Source: Sphingomonas sp. (lineage in GTDB: Bacteria; Pseudomonadota; Alphaproteobacteria; Sphingomonadales; Sphingomonadaceae). Taken from it: a stretch of 37,690 nucleotides of DNA. Under the pieces are notes generated by a model that did not search any database, was not told the origin of the DNA, and saw only the letters and a program-made list of their open reading frames with translations. The DNA lies in NCBI GenBank assembly GCA_019247755.1, contig JAFBAM010000162.1:1-37690 (forward strand). The letters run 5' to 3'. Below, one piece after another: positions 26,461 to 35,766 of the stretch. Position numbers and translations under genes: made by a program. Position 1 is the first letter of the stretch; each line of letters starts with the position of its first letter.

Positions 26461-27965
26461 GCAACTCTCGGGCGGGTATCTCGCCCGGATCCACCTACTG
26501 CGCCGCTTAGTGCCAGTGCGAACAGCGGAATAAGCCAAATGACACGCGCCTGATAACGCTCAGCCATGGCCGCGAAGAGTACACATGTCGCCGCGTTTCC
26601 AAGAATGCCCAAAAACAACAGGACGATGATCGGCCGAAGCAAGCGCCTCTTCACGAAGGCCCATGCAAGCCAAACGCAGCTGAGCAGCGTGCTGATCGCT
26701 GCCACAATGTAAATGAGGATCAGAATTCTATCAGTATCGTGAGGCTCCGGTGCAAGCTGGGCTGTACCACCAGAGTCGAGCGCCATCCGCGCATCAAAGG
26801 AATATGGTCGGAAGCGTATGAGCTGCTGAGTGAACTTGTAGGCGAGCATCCGCATTTCGAAGTCCGCGTATTCCCGGCCTGCTGCGAGCACGATGGCGGG
26901 TTCTTCCGCCCGTATCCGGTCCATCTGAGCAGGGGTCGCGCGCTTCGTAACGCCGTCCGGCCCCCACAGGAACTCCAGCGCCCCACCCTTCGGCAAGCCG
27001 TGGGGATACACGGTGCAAATCGTGTATGCGAGCTCATGGCAATGCTTCTCGAGATACCAGCGTCCCGGACCGTTATTGATCGACCGCGAAAGCGCGAATG
27101 GATATCTCTTTGCGGCAAGGCTGGTCTCCCCGAAAGCGACGCGGTTAATCGTCAGCAGCGTGAATGCACCAACGATTAGGGGGCCGACGACCCATGCCCA
27201 CGTCCAGCGCGGCAAAGGATCATTGGTAAAGTGCCTGATCGCGACCCAACCAAGTCCCAAGCCCGCCATTCCCCCGGCGATGGGGATGAGGCTGTTGTGA
27301 GCCGTTACAGCGAAGGTGGCGATTGCGGCGCAAAGCAAGCGGACTCCGAGGCTCAGGCGAGATTGCGCGACAGTCAACAGGATGGTGCAGGCAATGATCA
27401 GTCCCGCGAAGATGTCTGGAATGACGAGAAAGCAAACGGGAGCAACGGTTGTGGCCCCGGCCAGCACGATTAATGAGGCAATCGTCCGGCGCGTCGGAAG
27501 ACCACCGAATGCACCAAGGATCGCGACTATGACCGTCGCGGCCGCGGCGGCTTGAGCAAGAGCGAGAAGCAACATTGTCGCCCCCGGTCCGGAGAGTAGG
27601 TACGCCGCAATACTATAAGTGACAGATCGGGCACCCTTGACTTCATTTCCAGTAATTTCTGTCGCCGCCGGCGTTGACGGGGAAGCCTGAGTTGATCGGT
27701 TGGCCGTCGTGGAGACTTCCGGTCGGTTGAGGCTCTTGAGGACGTAGTCCACCGCAGCGCGGCCGCCCTTGTGATAGGCCACGCTGTCTTGAATGTAGCT
27801 GGGATGACCAAAGACCAGCAAAGGCCAGCAGAGAAGGAGGGTGGCAACTATGCTGAAGCCCAGGAATCGACGGTCCAGCCGAACCAGCGGCGCTCCATTG
27901 ATGTCCCGCACGGCGGCGCTTGGCTGTGCGTCGCGCAATGCAGCATCGTTCTGGACGTCGTTCAT
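26457..27965 (-). CDS. Polytopic membrane protein, putative GT-C-fold glycosyltransferase
   Basis: About 11-12 TM helices, acidic DS..Y after TM1, a large periplasmic loop and RY..R near the C-terminus. Glycan-locus context; GAGGAG RBS. Confidence 0.55.
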   Translation of the reverse strand: MNDVQNDAALRDAQPSAAVRDINGAPLVRLDRRFLGFSIVATLLLCWPLLVFGHPSYIQDSVAYHKGGRAAVDYVLKSLNRPEVSTTANRSTQASPSTPAATEITGNEVKGARSVTYSIAAYLLSGPGATMLLLALAQAAAAATVIVAILGAFGGLPTRRTIASLIVLAGATTVAPVCFLVIPDIFAGLIIACTILLTVAQSRLSLGVRLLCAAIATFAVTAHNSLIPIAGGMAGLGLGWVAIRHFTNDPLPRWTWAWVVGPLIVGAFTLLTINRVAFGETSLAAKRYPFALSRSINNGPGRWYLEKHCHELAYTICTVYPHGLPKGGALEFLWGPDGVTKRATPAQMDRIRAEEPAIVLAAGREYADFEMRMLAYKFTQQLIRFRPYSFDARMALDSGGTAQLAPEPHDTDRILILIYIVAAISTLLSCVWLAWAFVKRRLLRPIIVLLFLGILGNAATCVLFAAMAERYQARVIWLIPLFALALSGAVGGSGRDTRPRVA

Positions 27966-28202
27966 TCGGTCTCCTCGATTACAGGAGGATGATCGGGCTT
28001 GCAGTCCCAGAGATTGAAATGTCAGTCTCGCGACTGGTCAAGTCCACGCCCCATTCCAGCTCATTGTCTTAGACGACGGAGTGACGTCACAAGCAACAAC
28101 TGTAGGGATGTTGTACGAAGTTGATACAGCAAGGAAGCTCGCGCCCACCCCAACTTTACTCACGGTCGCTATCGTATATCCTCAAGCTATTGATTTTTCG
28201 AT

Positions 28203-29153
28203 GTGGAGGGGGCGTTGGAAGAAAGCCGGCAACTTGCCGCGTCGCGGAAACTTGTCGCACGTAAGGGTTCGACACCCGACGTGTCGGTCGTCATCCCGGC
28301 CTACAACGAAGAGGGTGCGGTCGAGGCAACGGTCGAATCCGTTCGCTCCGAACTGACCGGCGCCGGAATTTCGCACGAGATCATCGTCGTCAACGATGGA
28401 TCCAAGGACAATACGTTGGAACGCGCAAAGGCGTCCGGCGCGACGGTCGTCAACATGCCGCATAATGGCGGCTACGGACGATCGCTGAAGGCCGGGATTG
28501 CAATCAGTACCGCCCCGCTAATCGCCATCCTGGATGCGGATGGCACTTATCCGGCATCCTACCTGCCCGAAATGATTGCGATGACCGAGTACAACGACAT
28601 GGTCGTTGGCGATCGCGGCACTGCGATGAAGGGCGTTCCACTCATCCGCCGCCCCGCGAAATGGGTGCTGAACCGCACCGCCGGGATCCTTGCAGGGCAC
28701 CGGATTACCGATCTCAATTCCGGTCTCCGGTTGTTCCGCCGGGAAGCCCTCGAACAGTTTATTCCGCTGTTGCCCGACGCCTTCTCGTTCACGACCACGA
28801 TCACGCTTTGCATGCTGTCGTCGGGAATGCGCGTCGCCTATCTCCCGATCGTCTATGGGAAGCGCGTCGGCCACTCTAAGATGAAGGCGCGCGACTTCTG
28901 GAACTTCATGTTCCTGGTTGCCCGGCTGACGGTATACTTCCAGCCCCTGCGGATCTACATGCCCGCAGGCTTGATCCTGTTCCTGATGGGCTTCTTCAAG
29001 GGCGTCTACGACGTCTACATCGACAATCTGTCAGAGACGGCAGTGCTCGGCCTGCTAGGCGCCGTACTACTTTGGGCATTGGGACTGATCGCTGACATGA
29101 TCGCGCGGCTGAACCTGCGGCCCAGAGCGAGGCCGGGCACCCGACCGGTCTGA
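28203..29153 (+). CDS. GT2 glycosyltransferase, polyprenol-phosphate (DPM1/GtrB-like) type
   Basis: VSVVIPAYNEE, VNDGSKD, N.GYG, DADG, D.NSG.R and two C-terminal TM helices. Confidence 0.92.
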   Translation: MEGALEESRQLAASRKLVARKGSTPDVSVVIPAYNEEGAVEATVESVRSELTGAGISHEIIVVNDGSKDNTLERAKASGATVVNMPHNGGYGRSLKAGIAISTAPLIAILDADGTYPASYLPEMIAMTEYNDMVVGDRGTAMKGVPLIRRPAKWVLNRTAGILAGHRITDLNSGLRLFRREALEQFIPLLPDAFSFTTTITLCMLSSGMRVAYLPIVYGKRVGHSKMKARDFWNFMFLVARLTVYFQPLRIYMPAGLILFLMGFFKGVYDVYIDNLSETAVLGLLGAVLLWALGLIADMIARLNLRPRARPGTRPV

Positions 29154-29155
29154 CG

Positions 29156-30127
29156 ATGGCCTCAAATCCGGAGAAGGCGGGCCGACGCAGGATGAGCGTC
29201 TGGCTCATTCGATTGTGCATCAGCGCGTTACTGCTCACGCTCATCTTCCATTTCGTCCCCTTCCGGCAGGTGTGGGCCGCGGCGCGTCAAATCTCGGCGC
29301 CACTTTGGCTCGCTTCACTTGCCCTATTCTTGTGCGGACACGCGGCTTCGGCGGCAAAATGGCGCATCCTGATCGGCAACGGTGTCTCCTATCGCCAGGC
29401 CTTCCGCGCGCACCTCGCCGGCCTTGCCGCCAACCTCGCACTGCCAAGCGTAGCGGGCGGCGATGTCGTTCGCGCCGGGCTCGTCATGAAGCATGCGAAT
29501 GACAAAGGGCGGCTTGCGATGGGATCGCTCGCGGACCGGCTGCTCGACACACTCGGACTCGTAATGATTGCGTTCGCTTCCGCCACGCTCGCGTGGGGGC
29601 ATCGACTGGATTCCAAGATCTGGCTCGGGTGGCCCCTTCTCGGCCTCTTCCTCTTGGTTGCATGCGGTTTCGGAGCGGCGTTCTGTCTTGATAGCTTCGT
29701 CCGCGGGCGGGAGCCATCCGGAAAGCTGATGCGGCTCCTGTCGAAATTGACGCATTCGGCCGCGGGACTGGCGCGAAGCCCTGGCCGGCTCCTTCTTTGC
29801 CTGGCGATTTCGATGGTCGTGCAGTGCCTGTTCGTCGTCATCAACATCGGCTTCGCGCGCGCGGCGCACGTCGAAGCCCCCGTCGCAGCATGGTTCTATG
29901 CGTGGACGACGGCCAAGATCATCGCGATCGCTCCGATAAGCCTGGGCGGGCTGGGCGTCCGCGAAGCGAGTATGGCGGGGCTGTTGCGGCCGTTCGGCGC
30001 CGATCCTGCGCAAGTCATTGCGATCGGTCTGGTCTGGCAGTCGCTCCTTTATGTCAGCGGGTTGATTGGATTCCTCATTCAACTCCGCCGCCCCGTGCGG
30101 AGGGCCGCATTGGAGCAGGCGCTGTGA
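29156..30127 (+). CDS. Lysylphosphatidylglycerol-synthase TM-domain (UPF0104/AglD2-like) putative flippase
   Basis: KW..L, N..LPS..GGD..R, DR..D and P.S.GGLGVRE. Confidence 0.88.
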   Translation: MASNPEKAGRRRMSVWLIRLCISALLLTLIFHFVPFRQVWAAARQISAPLWLASLALFLCGHAASAAKWRILIGNGVSYRQAFRAHLAGLAANLALPSVAGGDVVRAGLVMKHANDKGRLAMGSLADRLLDTLGLVMIAFASATLAWGHRLDSKIWLGWPLLGLFLLVACGFGAAFCLDSFVRGREPSGKLMRLLSKLTHSAAGLARSPGRLLLCLAISMVVQCLFVVINIGFARAAHVEAPVAAWFYAWTTAKIIAIAPISLGGLGVREASMAGLLRPFGADPAQVIAIGLVWQSLLYVSGLIGFLIQLRRPVRRAALEQAL

Positions 30128-31539
30128 AGCAGGTCGTCGTCCTTGGCGCAGGGCCCGCCGGTGTTGGTGCAGCTCTGATGCTTACCAGGAGCGGCAAGGC
30201 TTCCGCGAAAGTGCTCGAACGCGCGCCACGCGTCGGCGGCAATTCAGGAAGTTTCCTGCTGGAAGGCGTGCACTGCGATTTCGGAAGCCATCGGCTTCAC
30301 CCGTCGACCGAGCCGCAGCTGATGCAGCTGATCAAGGACGCGGTTGGGCCCGACCTGCTGTGGCGGCCGCGTCACGGCCGAATTCGGCTGAAGAGCCGCT
30401 GGATTCATTTTCCGCTGAAGCCGATCGACCTGCTATTGCGACTGCCAAAGGGATTCACCCTCCAGCTATTGTGGGATGCCGCGACCAAGCGTTTCCGCCG
30501 CCCCGCGGCTGGTGAGCCGACGTTCGCCAGCGTTCTGCACCAGGGTCTCGGCCCGGCGATGTGCGAGAACTTCTACTACCCCTACATGCGGAAGCTCTGG
30601 GCGCTTCCGCCGGAGGAGCTTGCCGTCACTCTAGCGACGCGCCGTGTTTCAGGCAGTTCAATCGGCAAGATCATCAAGAAGATCCTGGGCCAGGTTCCCG
30701 GGCTGAAGAAACCGCAGACGGGGGGCTTTTATTATCCCCGCAAGGGCTTCGGCCAGATCAGCGAGTCCCTTCGGAACGAAGCGGAGAAGATCGGCGCCGA
30801 CTTCACGCTCGAGGCTGCCATTTCCGCCATCGAGCACGACGATGGCCGGGTGAAAGCTGTCCGCTATAAAGCTGACGGAGCCGAGCGCAGGGTCAAAACC
30901 GACATCGTCTGGTCGACCTTGCCGCTTACCACCCTCGTCTCACTCATGGATCCGCCAGCTCCTGCAGAGGTCGTCGAAGCAGCATCGCGCATCCGCTATC
31001 GCGGCATGATCCTGATCTACCTCGTGCTGGAACAGGACCAATTCACGGAATATGACGCGCATTACTTCCCGGAGTATGCCGTGCCGATTTCGCGCCTCTC
31101 CGAACCTAAGAATTATTCGGCGAGCACCGAGCCGAAGGACGTGACCGTCCTGTGCGCAGAATTGCCGTGTGACCCGCAAGAAGAGCTTTGGGCGCTAAGC
31201 GATGACGAACTCGGCGCAAAGCTGTGCGAATGGTTGGCCGGGGTCGGGTTGCCAGTGACCGCGAGGGTACGCCGCACCGAAACGCGGCGCCTTGGCTTTG
31301 CCTATCCCGTTTATGACCGGGAGTTCGAAGGCCATTTGAGTGTGCTCGATCACTGGGCCGAGGGCCTAGGGGGTCTTCTCACGTTCGGTCGTCAGGGCCT
31401 GTTTGCCCATGACAACACGCATCACGCTTTGGCCATGGCGGAAGGCGCGGTCGACAGTCTCAATGCCGACGGCTCGTTCGACCTCGACAAATGGCATGCC
31501 CATCGCCGCGTGTTCGAGACCCACGTGGTCGAGGATTGA
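30124..31539 (+). CDS. FAD-dependent oxidoreductase (HemY/UDP-galactopyranose-mutase-like fold)
   Basis: GTGA overlap at 30124. VVVLGAGPAG, E....VGG, DFGSH, FYYP..GFGQ, AYPVY and GRQG.F...N.HH. Confidence 0.85.
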   Translation: MKQVVVLGAGPAGVGAALMLTRSGKASAKVLERAPRVGGNSGSFLLEGVHCDFGSHRLHPSTEPQLMQLIKDAVGPDLLWRPRHGRIRLKSRWIHFPLKPIDLLLRLPKGFTLQLLWDAATKRFRRPAAGEPTFASVLHQGLGPAMCENFYYPYMRKLWALPPEELAVTLATRRVSGSSIGKIIKKILGQVPGLKKPQTGGFYYPRKGFGQISESLRNEAEKIGADFTLEAAISAIEHDDGRVKAVRYKADGAERRVKTDIVWSTLPLTTLVSLMDPPAPAEVVEAASRIRYRGMILIYLVLEQDQFTEYDAHYFPEYAVPISRLSEPKNYSASTEPKDVTVLCAELPCDPQEELWALSDDELGAKLCEWLAGVGLPVTARVRRTETRRLGFAYPVYDREFEGHLSVLDHWAEGLGGLLTFGRQGLFAHDNTHHALAMAEGAVDSLNADGSFDLDKWHAHRRVFETHVVED

Positions 31540-32291
31540 GGCTGGACGTGCTGGTTGTCACCTACCATTCAATTTCAGACGCGGGCGGACCGACCAGCAT
31601 TCCTCCCGACGTCTTCGCCATGCAGATGCAGACGCTTGCTGATCTCGGTCGCCGAAGCCTGCGCCTCCGCGAGTTCATCGATTGGCACGACGGAAAGAAC
31701 AATAGCCCTGACGATGGGGTGCTTATCACCTTTGACGATGCGTTCGAGGATTTCGCGAAGGTCGCCGCGCCAATCCTCCAGCAACACGGCTTTTCCGCGC
31801 TGGTGTTCGTGCCCACCCAAAGGTTGGGTCATCCCGAAGGGTGGATCGGAGCCAACAATCCTCCCCGGCCGCTGATGGACTGGGAGACGGTGCGTTCACT
31901 GTCGAACGAGGGAATAGAATTTGGCGGTCACAGCCGAACGCACGCCAACCTCATCAAGCTGTCGCCTGCCGAACGTGAAGAGGAAATCGCGGGCTGCGCT
32001 GAGGACGTTTCCGAGCAACTCGGCAAGCCGATCGAGGGCTTCGCAGCTCCTTATGGCTGTGTTTCAACTGAGGTCGTGGAAGCGATTGGGCGCCATTATC
32101 GCGCCGCCTTCGGAACTCGCCTGGCACTCCCCGCGCGCGGGCAAGACCGGTTCGATATCCCGCGAATTGACATGCACTACTTTCGCGATCGCGGCCATTG
32201 GGCCGGGTTGCTGCAAGGACGGCTAAACTATCTGCGTCTTAGGCAGTGCTTACGGGCGGTGAGATCTCGTGTGGTGCGCACCCCCTACTGA
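31536..32291 (+). CDS. Polysaccharide deacetylase (CE4/NodB-like)
   Basis: TTGA overlap at 31536 (alternative GTG 31548). YHSI, LITFDD, GHSRTH, FAAPYG and IPRI. Confidence 0.9.
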   Translation: MRLDVLVVTYHSISDAGGPTSIPPDVFAMQMQTLADLGRRSLRLREFIDWHDGKNNSPDDGVLITFDDAFEDFAKVAAPILQQHGFSALVFVPTQRLGHPEGWIGANNPPRPLMDWETVRSLSNEGIEFGGHSRTHANLIKLSPAEREEEIAGCAEDVSEQLGKPIEGFAAPYGCVSTEVVEAIGRHYRAAFGTRLALPARGQDRFDIPRIDMHYFRDRGHWAGLLQGRLNYLRLRQCLRAVRSRVVRTPY

Positions 32292-33758
32292 GCGTGATCG
32301 CTGCCGCGAGCCAATTGTTGATGGCGAGGGGTTCGGGTGAATGAATGATCGCAGTCGCGCCAATTCTTTAGGCATTAATGCAAACAGGACGCCGGCGACA
32401 CAACCCATCCCCATTGCAGTCGCCGAAACTACGTAAAGCAGATCGGGGACCCGACCGAGAACTGTTGTTCGCCAAATCGCAAGAGGAACCGCCATGCTTC
32501 CTGACGCCAAGAGCGGGGGAATCAGAGCCACTCCGAACCGCCTCCAACCAATTCCCTCAAGGTTAAGGGCTGCGCTCGTGCGCAACGGGAAAGCTGCGAG
32601 CGCCCGCAACGCAACACCGCCGACCGCCGCAAGCGGCCCATAGAAGCTCCCGAGCGCGACGATCACAACGCCAATGGCAGCTTCAATCGCGGATGCTCGA
32701 ACAAACTTTTCGATCCGGTCCATCGCGAGAAGATAGGCCTCCTGAATCGCCGTTAGGGCCGCGGTCGCGCCGGGAACGCACAAAATCGCCAGCATTGGGC
32801 CGGCAGCGCGCCAATCATTGCCCAGAAGGAAACTTACCAATGGATCTGCGATCAACGCTAGCCCAACGAATGCGGGGAAGGAAATCCAACCCGCCATGTT
32901 AGTTAGATCGAGAAAGAACTCGTGAGTGGACGAATGTTGGCGACGCATTTCAGAAATTGTCGACTGAGCCACGCCCTGAACCGGCTGGACGATCAAAGAT
33001 CCGACAATTTCGACGAGGCGGGACGCAAAGGCGAATAAACCCGCTGCTCTTGGACCCGCGAAAATGCCGAGTGCGACTGTCGGGGTCTGCACGATGACCA
33101 GCGTCAATGATCGCAACAGCACGACCCGAGGCCCCAGCCCACTTAACATCGCGTAGTCGCCGAGCTTCGGCCATCGGCGGGGAACCCATCCGGCCGCCGT
33201 GAATGCCATGACGCTGTTAATGCCTATATCTGTAAGGCGCTGACCAACGAGGCTCCAGGCGCCGAAGCCGTTGATTGCCATCGTGATTCCGACCAATCCA
33301 CCGGCAACGACTCCCAGGACTGACCGAACGGCAAGAGTTCGATAGGCCAGCTTGCGTCGAAGGAGTGCTGTGGGAACACCCGCCGCACCAATCATAAGTA
33401 CTGTCGGGCTGGCCACCAAGAGCAACGGTGCGACAGCCGGCTGACCATAGGCTCTTGCGGCAACGTAAGCGATCGCAGCAAGTGCCAAGACTACGACGAT
33501 CGAAAATCCTATGAGCGCAACGAAAGTCGCCTCCAGCCGTCCTTCCTCAAGCGAGGAGCGCTCGACGATGGCCTCCGTCAGCGTGTCTCGGACCAGGAAC
33601 TCGCCAAGGAAAAGAAACGCGAAAGCCATGGCGGCGATGCCGAAGTCTTCGACTCCGACCAGACGGGCAATCACCAGGAAGTTTACAGCGGCGACGCCTT
33701 GCTCGATCCAGGCGCCGGCCGCGCTCCAGGCGGCGGCAATAGTGAACTCACGTTTCAC
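32250..33758 (-). CDS. wzx: Wzx-type oligosaccharide flippase
   Basis: W.......Q.....IARL....DFG, G.GAWSLV.Q and LLG..W; about 12-14 TM helices. Confidence 0.85.
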   Translation of the reverse strand: MKREFTIAAAWSAAGAWIEQGVAAVNFLVIARLVGVEDFGIAAMAFAFLFLGEFLVRDTLTEAIVERSSLEEGRLEATFVALIGFSIVVVLALAAIAYVAARAYGQPAVAPLLLVASPTVLMIGAAGVPTALLRRKLAYRTLAVRSVLGVVAGGLVGITMAINGFGAWSLVGQRLTDIGINSVMAFTAAGWVPRRWPKLGDYAMLSGLGPRVVLLRSLTLVIVQTPTVALGIFAGPRAAGLFAFASRLVEIVGSLIVQPVQGVAQSTISEMRRQHSSTHEFFLDLTNMAGWISFPAFVGLALIADPLVSFLLGNDWRAAGPMLAILCVPGATAALTAIQEAYLLAMDRIEKFVRASAIEAAIGVVIVALGSFYGPLAAVGGVALRALAAFPLRTSAALNLEGIGWRRFGVALIPPLLASGSMAVPLAIWRTTVLGRVPDLLYVVSATAMGMGCVAGVLFALMPKELARLRSFIHPNPSPSTIGSRQRSRSVGGAHHTRSHRP

Positions 33759-33948
33759 CGTGAGGTCCCCGTCGCTGCAATAATCGAGGCCATTTTATCC
33801 ATATCTTTCCTAATCGACTGGCCGGACGAAGTTGGTCCATCGTTGAGTACCAAAACGAGACTGTCGGCTGTACATACCTGCATTGCCGTTGACCTCGGCT
33901 CCTTCATTTTGGACAACTGCGGAATAGGTTTCGCAATAGGGGCGAGTA

Positions 33949-34986
33949 ATGGACTGGTCGTCAAAGACTGTGTTGGTCACGGGTGGGTGCTCGTTCATCG
34001 GATCGCACCTAGTCGAGGCGTTGGTCGAGCGGGGCGCCCGGGTTCGGGTGGTCGACGACCTGTCTAGCGGAGTTCGCGAAAACATCGATCAGGCAATGCG
34101 TAGCGGACGGGTGGAATTCGAAGAGGCAGACCTTCTTGACCCTCGCACGGCAGCTCACGCCGTTTCTGGAATCAACATCGTGTTCCATCTTGCCGCCACC
34201 CACGGCGGTCGCGGTTTCATCAGCACTCACCAGGCAGCATGTTCAACAAATCTCGCGCTTGACGCCATCGTGTTTCGTGAAGCGCAGCGTGCGGGAGTTG
34301 AGCACCTGACATTCGCTTCGTCGGGTTGCGTCTATCCGACCAGTCTTCAGGAGGATCCGACCGAGATCGTCTATCTCACGGAAGACATGGTGAAGCCGCC
34401 CTACGAGGCCGACGATATGTACGGCTGGGCCAAGTTGATGGCTGAGCTCTCATTACGGGCCTACCATGAAGAGATGGGATTCAAGTGCGCGTCAGTCCGC
34501 TACTTCACAGCCTATGGCGAGCGGTGCCCCGCCAATCACGCTGTCATCGCCATGATCGGCCGCGCCTTCCTGAAGCAGGATCCATTCATTGTCTGGGGAA
34601 CGGGCGAACAGATCCGCAACTGGACCTACGTGTCGGACATCGTCGAAGGCACTATCCGAGCGGCGGAACGGATCGAGGACGGCAGTGCCGTCAACCTCGG
34701 CACCATGGAGCGCACGTCGGTGAACCAGGCGGCTCGAATGATTCTGGATCGCTGCGGTCTCGATGCCGAGCTGAAACCCGACGTGACGAAGCCGACGGGC
34801 CCCTATAACCGCGTCGCCGACAATAGCCTTGCCAGACGCTTGCTGGATTGGGAGCCAAAGGTTCCCTTTGCCGAGGGCTTGGACCGCACGATCCGCTGGT
34901 ATTTCAACGAGCACGACCGCGAGGTCGTGTCGAAGGTATTCGAAGAGTCGTTGACGGAGCGCGGGCTCGAGAGCGTTCGGCGCTAG
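33949..34986 (+). CDS. NAD-dependent nucleotide-sugar epimerase/dehydratase (extended SDR)
   Basis: VLVTGGCSFIGS, HLAA, SSGCVY, YGWAK (YxxxK) and WG.GEQ.R...YV.D. Confidence 0.9.
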   Translation: MDWSSKTVLVTGGCSFIGSHLVEALVERGARVRVVDDLSSGVRENIDQAMRSGRVEFEEADLLDPRTAAHAVSGINIVFHLAATHGGRGFISTHQAACSTNLALDAIVFREAQRAGVEHLTFASSGCVYPTSLQEDPTEIVYLTEDMVKPPYEADDMYGWAKLMAELSLRAYHEEMGFKCASVRYFTAYGERCPANHAVIAMIGRAFLKQDPFIVWGTGEQIRNWTYVSDIVEGTIRAAERIEDGSAVNLGTMERTSVNQAARMILDRCGLDAELKPDVTKPTGPYNRVADNSLARRLLDWEPKVPFAEGLDRTIRWYFNEHDREVVSKVFEESLTERGLESVRR

Positions 34987-35001
34987 TCCATCGACTTTTG
35001 C

Positions 35002-35766
35002 TCACCGCTTTTCGACGGACACCACCAGGAACAGTTTGCGGATTAACGGACGCTCGCCCCAGTGCAGCAATTGAGCGCAACGCGCACCGTATTTCTCCAT
35101 GATTTCCTTGTGAGCTCGACTCTCACCAGCCGTCCAAAGGTCCGTATCGCCCCAGTCGTCGTAGCCGATGATGGTTCCCGGCCTGATGAGACTGTGGGCG
35201 AACAGGAAGTCGAGGACTTCCAGCGTGCTGTTGTAGAGGTCAGCGTCGATATCGACATAGGCAGCTGGCTTGAACACGCCCGCTTCGACGAGATCAGCCT
35301 TGAGGGTATCCTTGAACCAGCCCTCGTGAATTCGATAGCTGTCAGTCGGGAGACCCAAACTGGCGATCATGCTTTCAAGCTGGTTTCTAGGCGCTGAGAA
35401 TGCGCCTTTCATCCAGATGTCTGGTACGGCCACCCCTGGCTCTTCCTCGGGCAGACCTAGGAAGGAGTCGAAGAGGTGCATTGCAGGGACGGGCATGTTG
35501 CGGCTTCTGAAACCGCGCACCAATGTGCCCACTGTACTGCCATGGGCGACACCAAAACAGTAAATCTCGCCGCCCGGAACGCCGCCGAATCGCCGCTGAT
35601 ACCAAGGGACAAGCTGTCGCCAAGAGTGAATGCCGTACTCGAGCTCTCCTCGCTCACTTGATGAGAGGTCGAGGTCCGTCGTCTCTAACAGCCGATCCAC
35701 GGTCCACACGCGCGCCACGCGTCGCCAGCGAAACAGAAACCAGCGCTTTTTCAGCCAAGAGATCAT
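35002..35766 (-). CDS. TylF/MycF/NovP-like sugar O-methyltransferase
   Basis: ATGA overlap with the upstream stop at 35763-35766. FGV..G, FDSF.GLP, GWF.DTL, IDADLY.S and DDW. Confidence 0.85.
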   Translation of the reverse strand: MISWLKKRWFLFRWRRVARVWTVDRLLETTDLDLSSSERGELEYGIHSWRQLVPWYQRRFGGVPGGEIYCFGVAHGSTVGTLVRGFRSRNMPVPAMHLFDSFLGLPEEEPGVAVPDIWMKGAFSAPRNQLESMIASLGLPTDSYRIHEGWFKDTLKADLVEAGVFKPAAYVDIDADLYNSTLEVLDFLFAHSLIRPGTIIGYDDWGDTDLWTAGESRAHKEIMEKYGARCAQLLHWGERPLIRKLFLVVSVEKR

